A stretch of DNA of 55,309 bases from an uncultured Actinomycetota bacterium (GCA_964423265.1 CAYREF010000007.1:1-55309); one strand, 5' to 3'; shown: positions 19,391-29,801, numbered from the stretch's first letter. Numbers and translations are program-made. Notes: generated from the sequence alone by a model not told the origin.

Positions 19391-19419
19391 ATTTTAAATT
19401 AATAGGTATTTTTAGTAAA
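19391..19419 (-). promoter_or_regulatory. Candidate promoter for tRNA-Pro
   Basis: TTTACT, 17 bp, TAAAAT, ending 13 nt upstream of the tRNA 5' end. Confidence 0.55.
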
Positions 19420-19432
19420 GTATAAGGTTTTT

Positions 19433-20473
19433 TTAATAACTTTCAACTTCTGATTTAAACTTTCTATTCATTAGTTTCTTTACAGAAGCCATAGGCTCCA
19501 TGTCATTATATATAATATCATAAACACACTCTGTTATGGGCATTTCTACATTAAAATTTCCTGAAATTTCGAATACTGATTTTGAGGTGTTTATTCCCTC
19601 TGCAACCATATACATATCTTTCATAATTTCTTTAGGTTTTTTACCTATGCCTATTTTTTCACCAAAATTCCTATTCCTGCTATGCCTGCTAAAACAAGTG
19701 GTGATAAGGTCCCCCATTCCCGAAATTCCAGCAAAAGTCTGAGGTCTTGCCCCTAATTTTAAGCCAAATCTTGTTATTTCTGATAACCCCCTGGTTACCA
19801 GTGAAGCTTTTGTATTGGTGCCATAGCCTAATCCATCAGATATCCCCGCGGCTATAGCTATTATGTTTTTTACGGAACCACCAATTTCTACTCCAACCAT
19901 GTCCCTGTTTGTGTAAACCCTAAAATAATCAGTAGAAAGTATTGGTTGTATATATTTAAGAAGTTTTAAATTAGTTGAAGATATTGCTGACACACTAGGT
20001 AATTTTTTGGCAATCTCTGAGGATATGTTTGGCCCTGAAATTACTGCTATTCTATCCCTTAATTTTTCAGGCAAACACTCACCCATCACTTCAGAAAGCC
20101 TTAGGTTTGTACCTGTTTCAAAGCCTTTAGCAACATTTACTATAATCTCAACCTTATTATTCTCCAGGGACTGCTTAAATGTTTTTAATACTTCCCTTAA
20201 GGCATGGGAAGGAACAGCAAATATTACAATAGTTCTTTGGTTATCAAATCTAAATTTCTTTTCCCTGAAAGGAATCACATTTAAAGGGATGGATAAACCC
20301 CTAGTGTATTTTGTATTTTTCCTATTGGTTTTAATATCCTTAAAGACATCCTTGCTCCTAGTCCAGATATCTGTACGGTAACCTTTCTCAGCTAGCAGCA
20401 CAGCCAGAGTTGTACCCCAGCTTCCAGCTCCAATTATAATAATTCTAAAACTGTTTTTTTTATCTACCATCAA
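19433..20473 (-). CDS. gpsA: NAD(P)H-dependent glycerol-3-phosphate dehydrogenase
   Basis: GAGSWGT, SGPN, KNIIAIAAG, GMGDLITTC and SRN; follows der. Confidence 0.96.
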   Translation of the reverse strand: MMVDKKNSFRIIIIGAGSWGTTLAVLLAEKGYRTDIWTRSKDVFKDIKTNRKNTKYTRGLSIPLNVIPFREKKFRFDNQRTIVIFAVPSHALREVLKTFKQSLENNKVEIIVNVAKGFETGTNLRLSEVMGECLPEKLRDRIAVISGPNISSEIAKKLPSVSAISSTNLKLLKYIQPILSTDYFRVYTNRDMVGVEIGGSVKNIIAIAAGISDGLGYGTNTKASLVTRGLSEITRFGLKLGARPQTFAGISGMGDLITTCFSRHSRNRNFGEKIGIGKKPKEIMKDMYMVAEGINTSKSVFEISGNFNVEMPITECVYDIIYNDMEPMASVKKLMNRKFKSEVESY

Positions 20474-21789
20474 TACTTTACCCTGAATATAATGGGGGTT
20501 CCAATAAAACCAAATTGCCTTCTTATGTGGTTTTCCATAAATTTTTTTATATTATTTTTCCGCCTTATATTCATGTTTGCAAATACATAAAAAATTGGCG
20601 GAGACGTTTTAACCTGTTTAATAAATTTTATCCTAAATTTCTTTCCTTTCCAGTAAACGGCACTTTCCGGATCTATTTCTTTAAACAGCTTCATTAACTT
20701 TTTTTCTGGTACTTGTTTATTTCTTTCTCTGGCCAGGATGTCTATAGTATCTATAACTTCTCCTATTCCTTTCTTTTTCAAAGCGCTAATTTTTAAAAAA
20801 GGAATATAAGCTGCAAAATCAAGCCTGCGGTCCAGCCTGTCTATAAGTCTTTTTAGTGTCTCTTCTTCTACTAAGTCTATTTTATTAAGCACAACACAAA
20901 TACTTACCCCATTTTCTATGCAAGTATCCACTATTTTGATATCTTGTTTAGTTATACCTTTTGTGCAATCTATTAGAACCAGGCAGATATCTGAAATTTT
21001 AATCGACTCAATAGTCCTTAGCTTTGAGTAATACTCAAGGTCTTCCTCCCTGACCCTCTTCTTTCTTATTCCTGCTGTATCAATAAACTTATACTGACAA
21101 TCATTGATGATAACTACGCTGTCTATGCTATCCCTTGTAGTACCTTCAACTTCATCTACTATAGCTCTTTCCTCCTGAATAATACTATTAAATAATGTGG
21201 ATTTGCCCACATTCGGCTTGCCCAATATGGCAATTTTGGGGATATTTTGTTCATCTAAAACTTCTGCTTTTTTTTCGAATACCTTATCAATGCTATCGAC
21301 AACTTCGTCCAGCAAATCCCCTATATTCATTCCATGCATTGCTGAGATTTTTATAGGATAACCAAATCCCAGTGTCAAAAAATCTTCGGTATAATAGCTA
21401 CCTTCCGGGTTATCCCATTTGTTTCCGGCTAAAATTATAGGTTTACTGGATTTCCTCAGGATATCCGCTATTTCATAGTCAAGTGGGGATATGGGGTTTT
21501 TTAAGTCAACTAAGAATATTATGATATCCGCTTCTTCTATTGCTTTTGTCGCCTGCAAATATATTTGCAGGGATAATTTTTCCTTGGATTTTAAGTCTAT
21601 ACCGCCTGTATCCAATAAATAAAAGCTGGTTCCATTCCAATCAGTGGTATAATATTTTCTATCCCTGGTGATCATGGGCTGATGATGTACTATAGCCTCC
21701 CTTTTTTTACATATTCTGTTTATAAGGGTGGACTTACCCACATTTGGCCTTCCCACCACTGCTATTTTTGGGATTCTTGCGTCTATCAT
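20470..21789 (-). CDS. der: Ribosome biogenesis GTPase Der
   Basis: Two GTPase domains (GRPNVGKST, GKPNVGKST; DTGG, DTAG) and a C-terminal FGF.GTPI. Confidence 0.97.
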   Translation of the reverse strand: MIDARIPKIAVVGRPNVGKSTLINRICKKREAIVHHQPMITRDRKYYTTDWNGTSFYLLDTGGIDLKSKEKLSLQIYLQATKAIEEADIIIFLVDLKNPISPLDYEIADILRKSSKPIILAGNKWDNPEGSYYTEDFLTLGFGYPIKISAMHGMNIGDLLDEVVDSIDKVFEKKAEVLDEQNIPKIAILGKPNVGKSTLFNSIIQEERAIVDEVEGTTRDSIDSVVIINDCQYKFIDTAGIRKKRVREEDLEYYSKLRTIESIKISDICLVLIDCTKGITKQDIKIVDTCIENGVSICVVLNKIDLVEEETLKRLIDRLDRRLDFAAYIPFLKISALKKKGIGEVIDTIDILARERNKQVPEKKLMKLFKEIDPESAVYWKGKKFRIKFIKQVKTSPPIFYVFANMNIRRKNNIKKFMENHIRRQFGFIGTPIIFRVKY

Positions 21790-22826
21790 AATTCCTTAAC
21801 TAAACTTTCTGCATCTTCAGGTATAATTTTTATGCTTTTACTTATTTTTTTTATATCCTGTTCATTGTAATTGTCTAAGGTTAAACCATTTTTGTTAAAA
21901 ATTGAACCAGGTATTAGTATTTTATCAAAATCTTTATGGATTGTATTTAACCTATCAGTTAAATCCTTACCAGATATCAAACCAGTCACTTTAACATTTC
22001 CCCCCAGAAATTCATTCTTTATTTTAATTACCTTAAAATTATAGTCAATATTTGAATACCTGAATATATTTTTTACTTTTTTAAAGATTTGAAAGCCATA
22101 TTCAGAAGTAGCCACCGCTATTTTTTTCCCGGCAAGCCAACTTTTTTCCTTTCTTATGCTTTTTCTTATATTCTCAAGGAAATCAACACTTTTGCCAATC
22201 CCATTCTCAATCTGGGAGAAATTATGGTAATAACTGTATTCAGGGAAACCTGTTTCTGCAATCAGGTAAAATTCATCAGATAAAAAAATCTTATTCTTTC
22301 TTCCTAATTCCCTGTTAATTCTTTCTGCTAAGCTGATAACTTCCCTGGCTTTACTTTTTTCAACCGGTTTCAATCTAGGCTCCCTGTTATATTTGGTTAT
22401 ACCTACAGGAACTATTCCAATTGATTTTATATTATTATAATCCATCAACAACCCTTTTAAAGTACTTTCTAAATTTACGCCATCATTTATGTTAGGGCAT
22501 AAAACAATTTGTATATGAGTCCTTATGTTGCTATGGTCGAGTATCTTGAAATTCTCTAACCCTTTCCTGTGGTTATCAGAACCAAAAATTATTTTCCTGG
22601 CCCTGCTATCCAGGCTATGCATGGAAACATAAAGGGGCTCGATCTTTGATTTTATAATTCTTCCTATATCATCCTGTTCCAGATTAGTTAAAGTAACAAA
22701 ATTTCCATACATAAAAGATAACAGGTAATCATCATCTCTAACATATAAAGACGGTCTTAGATTTTTGGGAAGCTGTTTTATGAAGCAAAATATGCAATTA
22801 TTATTACAACTTTTAATCTTGGCCAA
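21786..22826 (-). CDS. DUF512 putative Fe-S/radical-SAM-like protein
   Basis: CNNNCIFCF..QLP..LR.SLY..DDDY.LSF..GNFVTLTN, VPVGITKY and QIENGIG; typical position upstream of der. Confidence 0.88.
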   Translation of the reverse strand: MAKIKSCNNNCIFCFIKQLPKNLRPSLYVRDDDYLLSFMYGNFVTLTNLEQDDIGRIIKSKIEPLYVSMHSLDSRARKIIFGSDNHRKGLENFKILDHSNIRTHIQIVLCPNINDGVNLESTLKGLLMDYNNIKSIGIVPVGITKYNREPRLKPVEKSKAREVISLAERINRELGRKNKIFLSDEFYLIAETGFPEYSYYHNFSQIENGIGKSVDFLENIRKSIRKEKSWLAGKKIAVATSEYGFQIFKKVKNIFRYSNIDYNFKVIKIKNEFLGGNVKVTGLISGKDLTDRLNTIHKDFDKILIPGSIFNKNGLTLDNYNEQDIKKISKSIKIIPEDAESLVKEL

Positions 22827-23673
22827 TTGATTCTATATATTCCTTAACATTATCTATATCTTTTTTTGGAGTTGAGGCTCCACCGCTTATGCCAACCTGC
22901 CTGGCACCCTCAATCCACTTTCTATCTATCTCTTTATAACCTTCAATATGGTAAGTGTTTTTGTTCATTTTTCTGGATATTTCAGCCAGATGTGTTGTAT
23001 TTGCGCTATTTTTGCCTCCTACTATAAGCATTGCGTCAACCTTTGCTGCTAAATTTTTAGTGGCTTTTTGCCTTTGCTTGGTAGTATTACAAATGGTATT
23101 AATAATTTTAATTTCCTTTACTGTCTCCAGCATTTCGGATACTATATCTTTTAATTTATCAATGGTCTGGGTGGTTTGTATAATAACTCCAACCTTTTTC
23201 TGGTTAATTTTTTTAGCTTCTTTGCTGTCACTAATTACTCTAATATTTCCGTTTTGCACCTGTTCTTTTATCCCGACCACTTCAGGGTGTTTCCTGTCAC
23301 CAATTACTACAACAAAATAGCCTTGTTTGCTAAGCCTGCTTGCATTTGTTTGGGCTTTTTTTACAAATGGGCAAGTAGCATCAACTATTTTTACCCCTTT
23401 TTTTCTTAACCTTCTTATGGATGCTGGCGGCATTCCGTGTGACCGGATTACTACTATACTTTCCCTTTTTATTTTATTCTCTTCTTTAGCAGAATAGATG
23501 CCCTTTCTTTCCAGGTCTTCTACCACACCAGGGTTATGGATAATATCACCTAAAGTAAAAATTTTTTTGCCTTTATTTTCTTCTAGTATTTTTAAGGCCA
23601 TATCTAATGCCCTTTTTACACCAAAACAGTAGCCTGAATGCTCTGCAACCTCTACTTCCATCTTTTCCCTCAA
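22813..23673 (-). CDS. ispH: 4-hydroxy-3-methylbut-2-enyl diphosphate reductase
   Basis: GYCFGVKRA, IIHN, DATCPFV, HPEV, TICNTT, SANT and GASTP; the start may be ATG 23661. Confidence 0.96.
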   Translation of the reverse strand: MREKMEVEVAEHSGYCFGVKRALDMALKILEENKGKKIFTLGDIIHNPGVVEDLERKGIYSAKEENKIKRESIVVIRSHGMPPASIRRLRKKGVKIVDATCPFVKKAQTNASRLSKQGYFVVVIGDRKHPEVVGIKEQVQNGNIRVISDSKEAKKINQKKVGVIIQTTQTIDKLKDIVSEMLETVKEIKIINTICNTTKQRQKATKNLAAKVDAMLIVGGKNSANTTHLAEISRKMNKNTYHIEGYKEIDRKWIEGARQVGISGGASTPKKDIDNVKEYIESIGQD

Positions 23674-24317
23674 CTTATTTTGTTATGCAATTTTTTTATC
23701 TCATCCATTACCTTTGAAACAATTATGGCTGTTGCCTTTTTTTTTGGATATTTTTCTATTATTTCATCCACCTCTATCAGGCTGCCAGCCATCATTTTTA
23801 CCTTTGGAAAAAACAGCCTTTTTTTCGGTTTTTGCACTATTTTATTGGTATTTTTTATGGCTACTGGCATTATGGGAGCCTTTGACATTACCGAGATCAG
23901 GCCAACCCCTTTCTTTCCTTCCCTGATTATGCCATTTACCGACCTGGTACCTTCAGGAAAAAGGGCTAGCATCTGCCCTTCTTTTAAAACCTCTACTGCT
24001 GTCCTTATGGAACTCCGGTCTGTAGCAGTCCTGTTTACGGGGAATGCATTTAAAAAAGTAACCACTGCAGATAAAAGTCTGTTTTCAAATAGCTCAACTT
24101 TTGCCATAAAATATATGTATCTGTTAATAAAAGCACCAATCATTACCGGGTCAATATAACTTACATGGTTAGAACATAATATAAGCTTTCCCTGCGAAGG
24201 GATATTTTCAAAATTATAGGTTTTAACTCTAAAAAGAAGCTTAAATATTGACCTGAGAATAAATACCAATGACAGGTAGAAGACTCGGTATATATTATTA
24301 TGTTTTGTGTAGACCAT
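23670..24317 (-). CDS. plsC: 1-acyl-sn-glycerol-3-phosphate acyltransferase
   Basis: NHVSYID (HxxxxD), FMAK.ELF and FPEGTRS. Confidence 0.93.
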   Translation of the reverse strand: MVYTKHNNIYRVFYLSLVFILRSIFKLLFRVKTYNFENIPSQGKLILCSNHVSYIDPVMIGAFINRYIYFMAKVELFENRLLSAVVTFLNAFPVNRTATDRSSIRTAVEVLKEGQMLALFPEGTRSVNGIIREGKKGVGLISVMSKAPIMPVAIKNTNKIVQKPKKRLFFPKVKMMAGSLIEVDEIIEKYPKKKATAIIVSKVMDEIKKLHNKIS

Positions 24318-25002
24318 TTATCCTTTCTTTGTACATATCCTTTATTTTAATAACTACCTCATTTATTTCCATTGTGGTAGTGTCCACTTCCACACCATCT
24401 TCTGGTACAATTAGGGGGCTGTCTTTTCTCCCGCTGTCAATTTTATCCCTATCCATTATTTCTTTTCTTATGCTATGACTCTCAATTTTTTGCCCCTTCG
24501 ATTTAAGCTGTAGTTTTCTCCTTTTTATTCTTTCTTCAACGGAAGCAGTTAAAAAAATTTTTAAAATAGCATGGGGGCAAACCACACTGCCTGTATCTCT
24601 GCCCTCCAGCACCGCATTACCTTTCCGGGCAAGTTTTCTTTGAAGCTCTACCAGGTATTTCCTTACCCCGGATAATTTTGAAACAATAGAAACAGCAGTT
24701 CCCACCTCCTTACCCCTTATCTCATGGGTTACATCCCTTCCATTTAATTTTACAGCAGTATACCTAGTCTCATCTACAGCCGTGCTCTCAAGTTGGATAT
24801 CTATCTTTTTTACTTTTTCTAGTATCTTTTTTTCATCTTCAAGACCTATATTATTCTCAATGGCTATCAGTGTAACAGCCCTATACATGGCACCCGTGTC
24901 TATATATTTCATATTTAAATCCCTTGCCAGTATTTTGGCAATAGTACTTTTCCCACTTCCAGCTGGGCCATCAATTGTAATTATTTTCTCTTTATTATCC
25001 AT
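24298..25002 (-). CDS. cmk: Cytidylate kinase
   Basis: IDGPAGSGKST, DTGAMYRA, EGRD.G and RD..DS.R..SPL. Confidence 0.97.
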   Translation of the reverse strand: MDNKEKIITIDGPAGSGKSTIAKILARDLNMKYIDTGAMYRAVTLIAIENNIGLEDEKKILEKVKKIDIQLESTAVDETRYTAVKLNGRDVTHEIRGKEVGTAVSIVSKLSGVRKYLVELQRKLARKGNAVLEGRDTGSVVCPHAILKIFLTASVEERIKRRKLQLKSKGQKIESHSIRKEIMDRDKIDSGRKDSPLIVPEDGVEVDTTTMEINEVVIKIKDMYKERINGLHKT

Positions 25003-26287
25003 ATGATAAATGCCTTTCCAATTGTTTAAAGAAATCGGGAAAAGAAGTACGGATACAATCTGAATTTAAAATATTTACCTTTTTCTTGTTCAATAATCCA
25101 ATAACTGCCAACGACATTGCCATCCTGTGATCGCCAAAACTATCCAGGGTTGCTCCTTTCATTTCTAAATTTTTCTCTCCATAAATATCTAAGCCATCCT
25201 CATTTTCCTCTATCTTTATCCCTAGTTTCTTAAATTGGGTATATATTCCCCTTATTCTGTCACTTTCCTTGTACCTTAATTCCTTTGCCCCCCTTATTTC
25301 AGTCAATCCCTTTGCCCTAACCGCGGCAACACAAAGTATTGGGATCTCATCAATAATATTTGGAACAATATCACCTGTAATTTTTATTGCTTTTAAATTG
25401 CTGCTATGGCTTTCAATATCAGCGATTTCTTCATTATTCATTTGTCTGATATTCTTTATTTCGATATTAGCGCCCATTTTTTTTAATAGGCCTAGAATAA
25501 AGCTTCTGGTCTTGTTTATGCCCACATCTTTTAAAACTACATGAGAGTCTTTTAAAATCAAACTTGCAACAATAAAAAAAATTGCAGAAGATATATCTCT
25601 TGGCACATATATATCTTTTCCATTTAATCTTTCGCCTGGAATAATTTTTGTATATTTACCGTCATATTCAATGTTAGCCCCAAAATACTGCAGCATCCTT
25701 TCAGTATGATCCCTGGATATCTGGGGCTGTATTATCTCAGTTATTCCCCTGGCAGATAATGCTGCAAGGGTGAGGCAAGATTTTACTTGCGCGCTGGAGA
25801 CATTTATGTAGAGCCTTTTCCCTGCTAGGTTTTCTTTTCCCAAAATAACCAGTGGAGCTTTCCTGTTATTTTCCCTTCCATAAATTTCTGCCCCCATTTC
25901 AGATAAAGGTTTAATTATCCTATCCATGGGCCGGTTATTAATAGAACTATCGCCGGTTAATACTGATAAAAAATTAGTGGTTGAAAGCAACCCTGCCATG
26001 ATTCTAATAGTAGTACCGGAATTACCCACATCAAGCACAGTATTAGGTTCCTTTAATTGTTTAATATTTTTTCCATGTATGGTTACCTTTGTGCCTTTCC
26101 TGTTAACTTTAACTCCTAATTTCTCTAAAACTTTTAAGGTGTTAAGACAATCATCAGCATTTAGAAAATTTGTTATTTCAACCTTATTATTTGATATTGA
26201 GGAGATAATTGCACTCCGGTGTGAAATTGACTTATCACCAGGCACTTCAATGGAACCATTAATACTTTTTGCGCCTCTTATTTCCAT
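24995..26287 (-). CDS. aroA: 3-phosphoshikimate 1-carboxyvinyltransferase (EPSP synthase, class II)
   Basis: PGDKSISHRS, GNSGTT, SAQVKS, RDHTERML, KESDRI and DHRMAM. Confidence 0.97.
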   Translation of the reverse strand: MEIRGAKSINGSIEVPGDKSISHRSAIISSISNNKVEITNFLNADDCLNTLKVLEKLGVKVNRKGTKVTIHGKNIKQLKEPNTVLDVGNSGTTIRIMAGLLSTTNFLSVLTGDSSINNRPMDRIIKPLSEMGAEIYGRENNRKAPLVILGKENLAGKRLYINVSSAQVKSCLTLAALSARGITEIIQPQISRDHTERMLQYFGANIEYDGKYTKIIPGERLNGKDIYVPRDISSAIFFIVASLILKDSHVVLKDVGINKTRSFILGLLKKMGANIEIKNIRQMNNEEIADIESHSSNLKAIKITGDIVPNIIDEIPILCVAAVRAKGLTEIRGAKELRYKESDRIRGIYTQFKKLGIKIEENEDGLDIYGEKNLEMKGATLDSFGDHRMAMSLAVIGLLNKKKVNILNSDCIRTSFPDFFKQLERHLSYG

Positions 26288-26292
26288 GTTTT

Positions 26293-27411
26293 TTAACCTG
26301 TTACCTTTTTTACCCTTGCCTCATACCCTTTATTCTGGATAGCCCCTTTGGCAATATTTCCTGCATTTTCTCCTTGCACTAATATCTTTAAAATTCCTCC
26401 TCCGCTGTATTCTGTAGAATGGAAGATAGAAATATCTTCAATGTTTATGCCACTTGAGCTAATAGCAAGGGTAATATCACTTAAAACCCCCGGCTTGTCA
26501 GGAATGCCAATCCTAATTTCATATAATTTTGAAATATCCTTATCTACATATTTTGGTAAATTCATTCTGGCCTGTTTTGCGTTAAGGTAATGCTCTTTTA
26601 TATATTCGTAATCATTTTTCCCCAGGCTATCCTTAAATTTATTCAGGTGAGCTATATATTCTCCCAAAACCTCAATTATTTCTTTCTTGTTTTCCAAACT
26701 AATGTCAAACCACATTTTAGGATTAGAAGCTGCAATTCTCGTCATATCCCTAAAACCACCAGCGCATAATTTAAATAGGTTTTTTATTTCTTTCTGCTCA
26801 TAATCGATAAGCTCCACCAGAGTAGTAGATAAAACATGGGGCAGATGGCTAATTAAGGCTACAATCTTATCATGCTCTTTAGGGGAGATAGTAATTACCT
26901 TAGCCCCGATTTTTGTAAACAAAGAATGCAATGCCATCAAAGGCTTGGTAATGGTATTGCTGGTAGGAGTTAAAATATAGAAGGCATTCCTGAATAAGTC
27001 TGGTGTAGCACTGAGAACACCTTCATTTTCTGAACCTGCCATGGGGTGCCCACCAATAAATACAACATTTTCAGGAAAAATTCTATTAATCTCGTTTACT
27101 ATGTTTTCCTTGGCACTCCCTACATCCGTAACTATGGCCCCATCTTTTAAATCATCTTTTATTTTATTTGCAACTTTTACTATTTCGCTAACGGGGGTTG
27201 CAATTATAACTAAGTCTGCATCATCAACAGCCTTTTTATAATCATCTGCAATCTCATCTATAATTTTCCTGTATTTGGCAATATTTAAAGAATCTAAATT
27301 TGCGTCATACCCTGATATTAAAAACTCTTTATTTACACCTTTTAAGGATAGAGCTAATGAGCCCCCTATAAGACCCAACCCTATAACAGTAATTTTTTTA
27401 ATGTCTTTCAT
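26293..27411 (-). CDS. tyrA: Prephenate dehydrogenase with C-terminal ACT domain
   Basis: GLGLIGGS, DVGSAK, HPMAGSE, SHLPH, RDMTRIA and ACT motif PDKPGVL. Confidence 0.95.
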   Translation of the reverse strand: MKDIKKITVIGLGLIGGSLALSLKGVNKEFLISGYDANLDSLNIAKYRKIIDEIADDYKKAVDDADLVIIATPVSEIVKVANKIKDDLKDGAIVTDVGSAKENIVNEINRIFPENVVFIGGHPMAGSENEGVLSATPDLFRNAFYILTPTSNTITKPLMALHSLFTKIGAKVITISPKEHDKIVALISHLPHVLSTTLVELIDYEQKEIKNLFKLCAGGFRDMTRIAASNPKMWFDISLENKKEIIEVLGEYIAHLNKFKDSLGKNDYEYIKEHYLNAKQARMNLPKYVDKDISKLYEIRIGIPDKPGVLSDITLAISSSGINIEDISIFHSTEYSGGGILKILVQGENAGNIAKGAIQNKGYEARVKKVTG

Positions 27412-27512
27412 TTTATTAACCCTGGGTAATTAATTGATTCGTAAACAATCATTATACTTATTCACAATAAAAAAATAAACACCGATATAGGACAAAAAAA
27501 CAAAAATTCTTA

Positions 27513-27541
27513 TTGACAATTGTCAAGCATTCTGGTACTTT
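27513..27541 (+). promoter_or_regulatory. Sigma70-type promoter pointing into the gene-free intergenic region
   Basis: TTGACA (27513-27518), 17 bp, TACTTT (27536-27541); the -35 is half of a perfect 14-bp palindrome TTGACAATTGTCAA. Confidence 0.6.
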
Positions 27542-27547
27542 AAAATT

Positions 27548-27715
27548 ACTCTTAAGGCAGGAGGCAACGCTTGGGAGAAACTGGAAGTTATATTTTAAAG
27601 AATATAAGGAGTAAGTTAACATCCTGATTAGATCCTAAGAAAAGCCTTAAGAAGAGCCCCAAGATGTTGAGTAGCCTACGGTTAAGCTAAGGCGAAAGAT
27701 AACTTGGGGTTTTTT
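27548..27715 (+). ncRNA. Candidate ~170-nt structured small RNA (possibly carrying an 18-codon sORF); family not recognised
   Basis: Bounded by a promoter and a hairpin plus T-tract. Pairings: TCTTAAGGC/GCCTTAAGA, CAGGA/TCCTG, TTATATT/AATATAA, and CCCCAAG/CTTGGGG enclosing a GAGTA/GAAA internal loop. Confidence 0.5.
27657..27715 (+). terminator. Intrinsic terminator-like 3' hairpin
   Basis: CCCCAAG...CTTGGGG followed by TTTTTT on the + strand only. Confidence 0.6.
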
Positions 27716-29801
27716 ATTGCCCTAACAATTCTAACATTTTCTTGTAATCTGTAGTTGGAGTTTTGCATTCAAAATTAGTGCACACGTAAGCAGTGGGCTT
27801 ATCCTCAAAACACTTGTAGTTTTTAGTAAACCCAGTTATTTTATCCAGTTCTGAATTATCTTGTTCACTTGGCTTTAAAACCACAATCTTATTTGGTATA
27901 TAATGCTTGTATAAATAATGAAGCATCTCTTCTGTTTTATCAGAATATTTATCACCGCATATTATAATTTCATAAGAATCGTGATGCATTAACATCATCG
28001 CTGCGAGCATGGCAGTATGAGATTCTAGAGATTGTTTTATATAACGGGAAAAAGCTTTAGGTATTTTTTCTGCTTTTTCCAATAGGCTTTCATTACTGCT
28101 TAACTTAGCAAGCTTTACCAAATTGAATAAAGCAATCGAATTACCTGAGGGTATTGCTCCGTCATTGCTCTCTTTCTGCCTGTATATTATAGGTTTCCTG
28201 TTTTTAGGTGTATAAAAAAATCCGCCATTTTTTTCATCCCAAAAGAGGTTAATTAAAGTTTCATTTAACTTTAGCGCTTCCTTTAAATATCTTAAATTAA
28301 AAGAGGATTGATACAATTCTATAAGGCCTAATATAAAGAAGGCATAATCTTCAATATTGCCTTCACCCCTTATCTCCCCTTCACAATAACTGTGGTATAA
28401 AATTCCCCCCTTAACCATGTTCTTTAGTATAAAATCTGCTGCATTTTTCGCATTTTCCATAAATATTTGCCTCTGCAATACCCTGGCCCCTTTTGCCATA
28501 GAAGCAATCATTAGACCATTCCAGTCAGTTAATATTTTTTTATCAATTAAGGGATGGATTCTTTTTTTTCTTTCCAGATATAATTTCTCCAGTATTTCTC
28601 TTGCTTGTTCTTTTAATTCCCACTCTGGAATTTTTAAATCTTTAGATAAGTCTTTTAGACCCTTATTTTTATAAAATATATTTTTGCCGTTAAATTCATT
28701 ACTGATCTCATCAACAAAATTGCCATTCTTCCTTATATCAAACATTTTTATTATAAGCTCAGCATCTTCTTTATCTAACAGGTTAATAATTTCATTATAA
28801 TCCCAGAGATAGTACTTGCCTTCTTGGCCTTCACTATCAGCATCGATGGCAGAATAAAAGCCCCCTCCGTCTGAAGTCATATCCCTTAATATAAATACAA
28901 ATATATCCTGGACTATATCCCGGTATTCTTCGTTTTCAGTTGCCAGAAAGCCTTCCAGATAAGCCTCTGATAGCAATGCCTGGTCATATAACATCTTTTC
29001 AAAATGGGGCACCTTCCATTTCCTGTCAGTAGAATACCTGTGAAAGCCATATCCTACATGGTCCCATATTCCCCCCTCCATCATTGCATTTAAAGTAGAT
29101 TCAGCTATTTTTAGTGCCTCTGTCTCATTGCTATAATACCAGTACTGCAACATGAACATTAAATTTTTTGGCGTAGGAAATTTAGGCTTTTTCCCAAATC
29201 CACCAAATTCAGGGTCAAATAGTTCTGATAGTCTTTCAAATGTTTTTTTAAAAATATCCTTGTCAATATCTTCTTTATGGCTATATTTTGAGGCCTTTAT
29301 TAAAGCAGAACATAACTTATCTGCAGATTTATTGACTTCCTCTCTTTTTTCATTCCATATTTTGTTTATATGAGGAAGCAGTTTTTTTAAGCCAATCCTT
29401 CCATACCTGTCTTCCTTGGGGATATAAGTAGAGGCAAAAAAGGGTTTTCTATCCGGACTCATTACTATATTCAGTGGCCATCCTGAAGTGTTTGATAATA
29501 TAGCTGCGACTGACATGTATGTATTATCAATATCAGGCCTTTCTTCCCTATCCACTTTGATGGACACAAAATATTTATTTAACAAACCTGCAATTTCCTC
29601 ATCTTCAAATGATTCCTCCTCCATTACATGACACCAGTGGCATGTTGAATAGCCAATGGATAGAAAAATAGGCTTGTCTTCTTCTTTAGCTTTTTTAAAA
29701 GCCTGGCTACACCAGGGAAACCAGTTCACAGGATTTGTTGCATGTTGTCTCAGATAAGGACTTTTTTCATTTTTCAACGCATTAAATTTTCCTTGGTCCA
29801 T
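27714..29801 (-). CDS. Thioredoxin-domain protein, YyaL/SSP411 (DUF255) family
   Basis: [51 protein letters not shown] and DGAIPSGNS. Confidence 0.94.
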   Translation of the reverse strand: MDQGKFNALKNEKSPYLRQHATNPVNWFPWCSQAFKKAKEEDKPIFLSIGYSTCHWCHVMEEESFEDEEIAGLLNKYFVSIKVDREERPDIDNTYMSVAAILSNTSGWPLNIVMSPDRKPFFASTYIPKEDRYGRIGLKKLLPHINKIWNEKREEVNKSADKLCSALIKASKYSHKEDIDKDIFKKTFERLSELFDPEFGGFGKKPKFPTPKNLMFMLQYWYYSNETEALKIAESTLNAMMEGGIWDHVGYGFHRYSTDRKWKVPHFEKMLYDQALLSEAYLEGFLATENEEYRDIVQDIFVFILRDMTSDGGGFYSAIDADSEGQEGKYYLWDYNEIINLLDKEDAELIIKMFDIRKNGNFVDEISNEFNGKNIFYKNKGLKDLSKDLKIPEWELKEQAREILEKLYLERKKRIHPLIDKKILTDWNGLMIASMAKGARVLQRQIFMENAKNAADFILKNMVKGGILYHSYCEGEIRGEGNIEDYAFFILGLIELYQSSFNLRYLKEALKLNETLINLFWDEKNGGFFYTPKNRKPIIYRQKESNDGAIPSGNSIALFNLVKLAKLSSNESLLEKAEKIPKAFSRYIKQSLESHTAMLAAMMLMHHDSYEIIICGDKYSDKTEEMLHYLYKHYIPNKIVVLKPSEQDNSELDKITGFTKNYKCFEDKPTAYVCTNFECKTPTTDYKKMLELLGQ

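Noticed and set aside
27571-27690. Selenocysteine read-through of the sORF TGA into a 39-aa peptide
   Set aside because: No redox motif around the TGA and no convincing bacterial SECIS immediately downstream.
27667-27697. Hammerhead-like core (TTGAGTA-stem-GAAA)
   Set aside because: Does not match CUGAnGA and lacks a three-way junction with a cleavage triplet; better explained as a loop-E-like internal loop.
27412-27713. Possible T-box leader for tyrA-aroA
   Set aside because: No T-box antiterminator consensus (TGGNACC) on the minus strand, and the hairpin plus T-tract is oriented on +.
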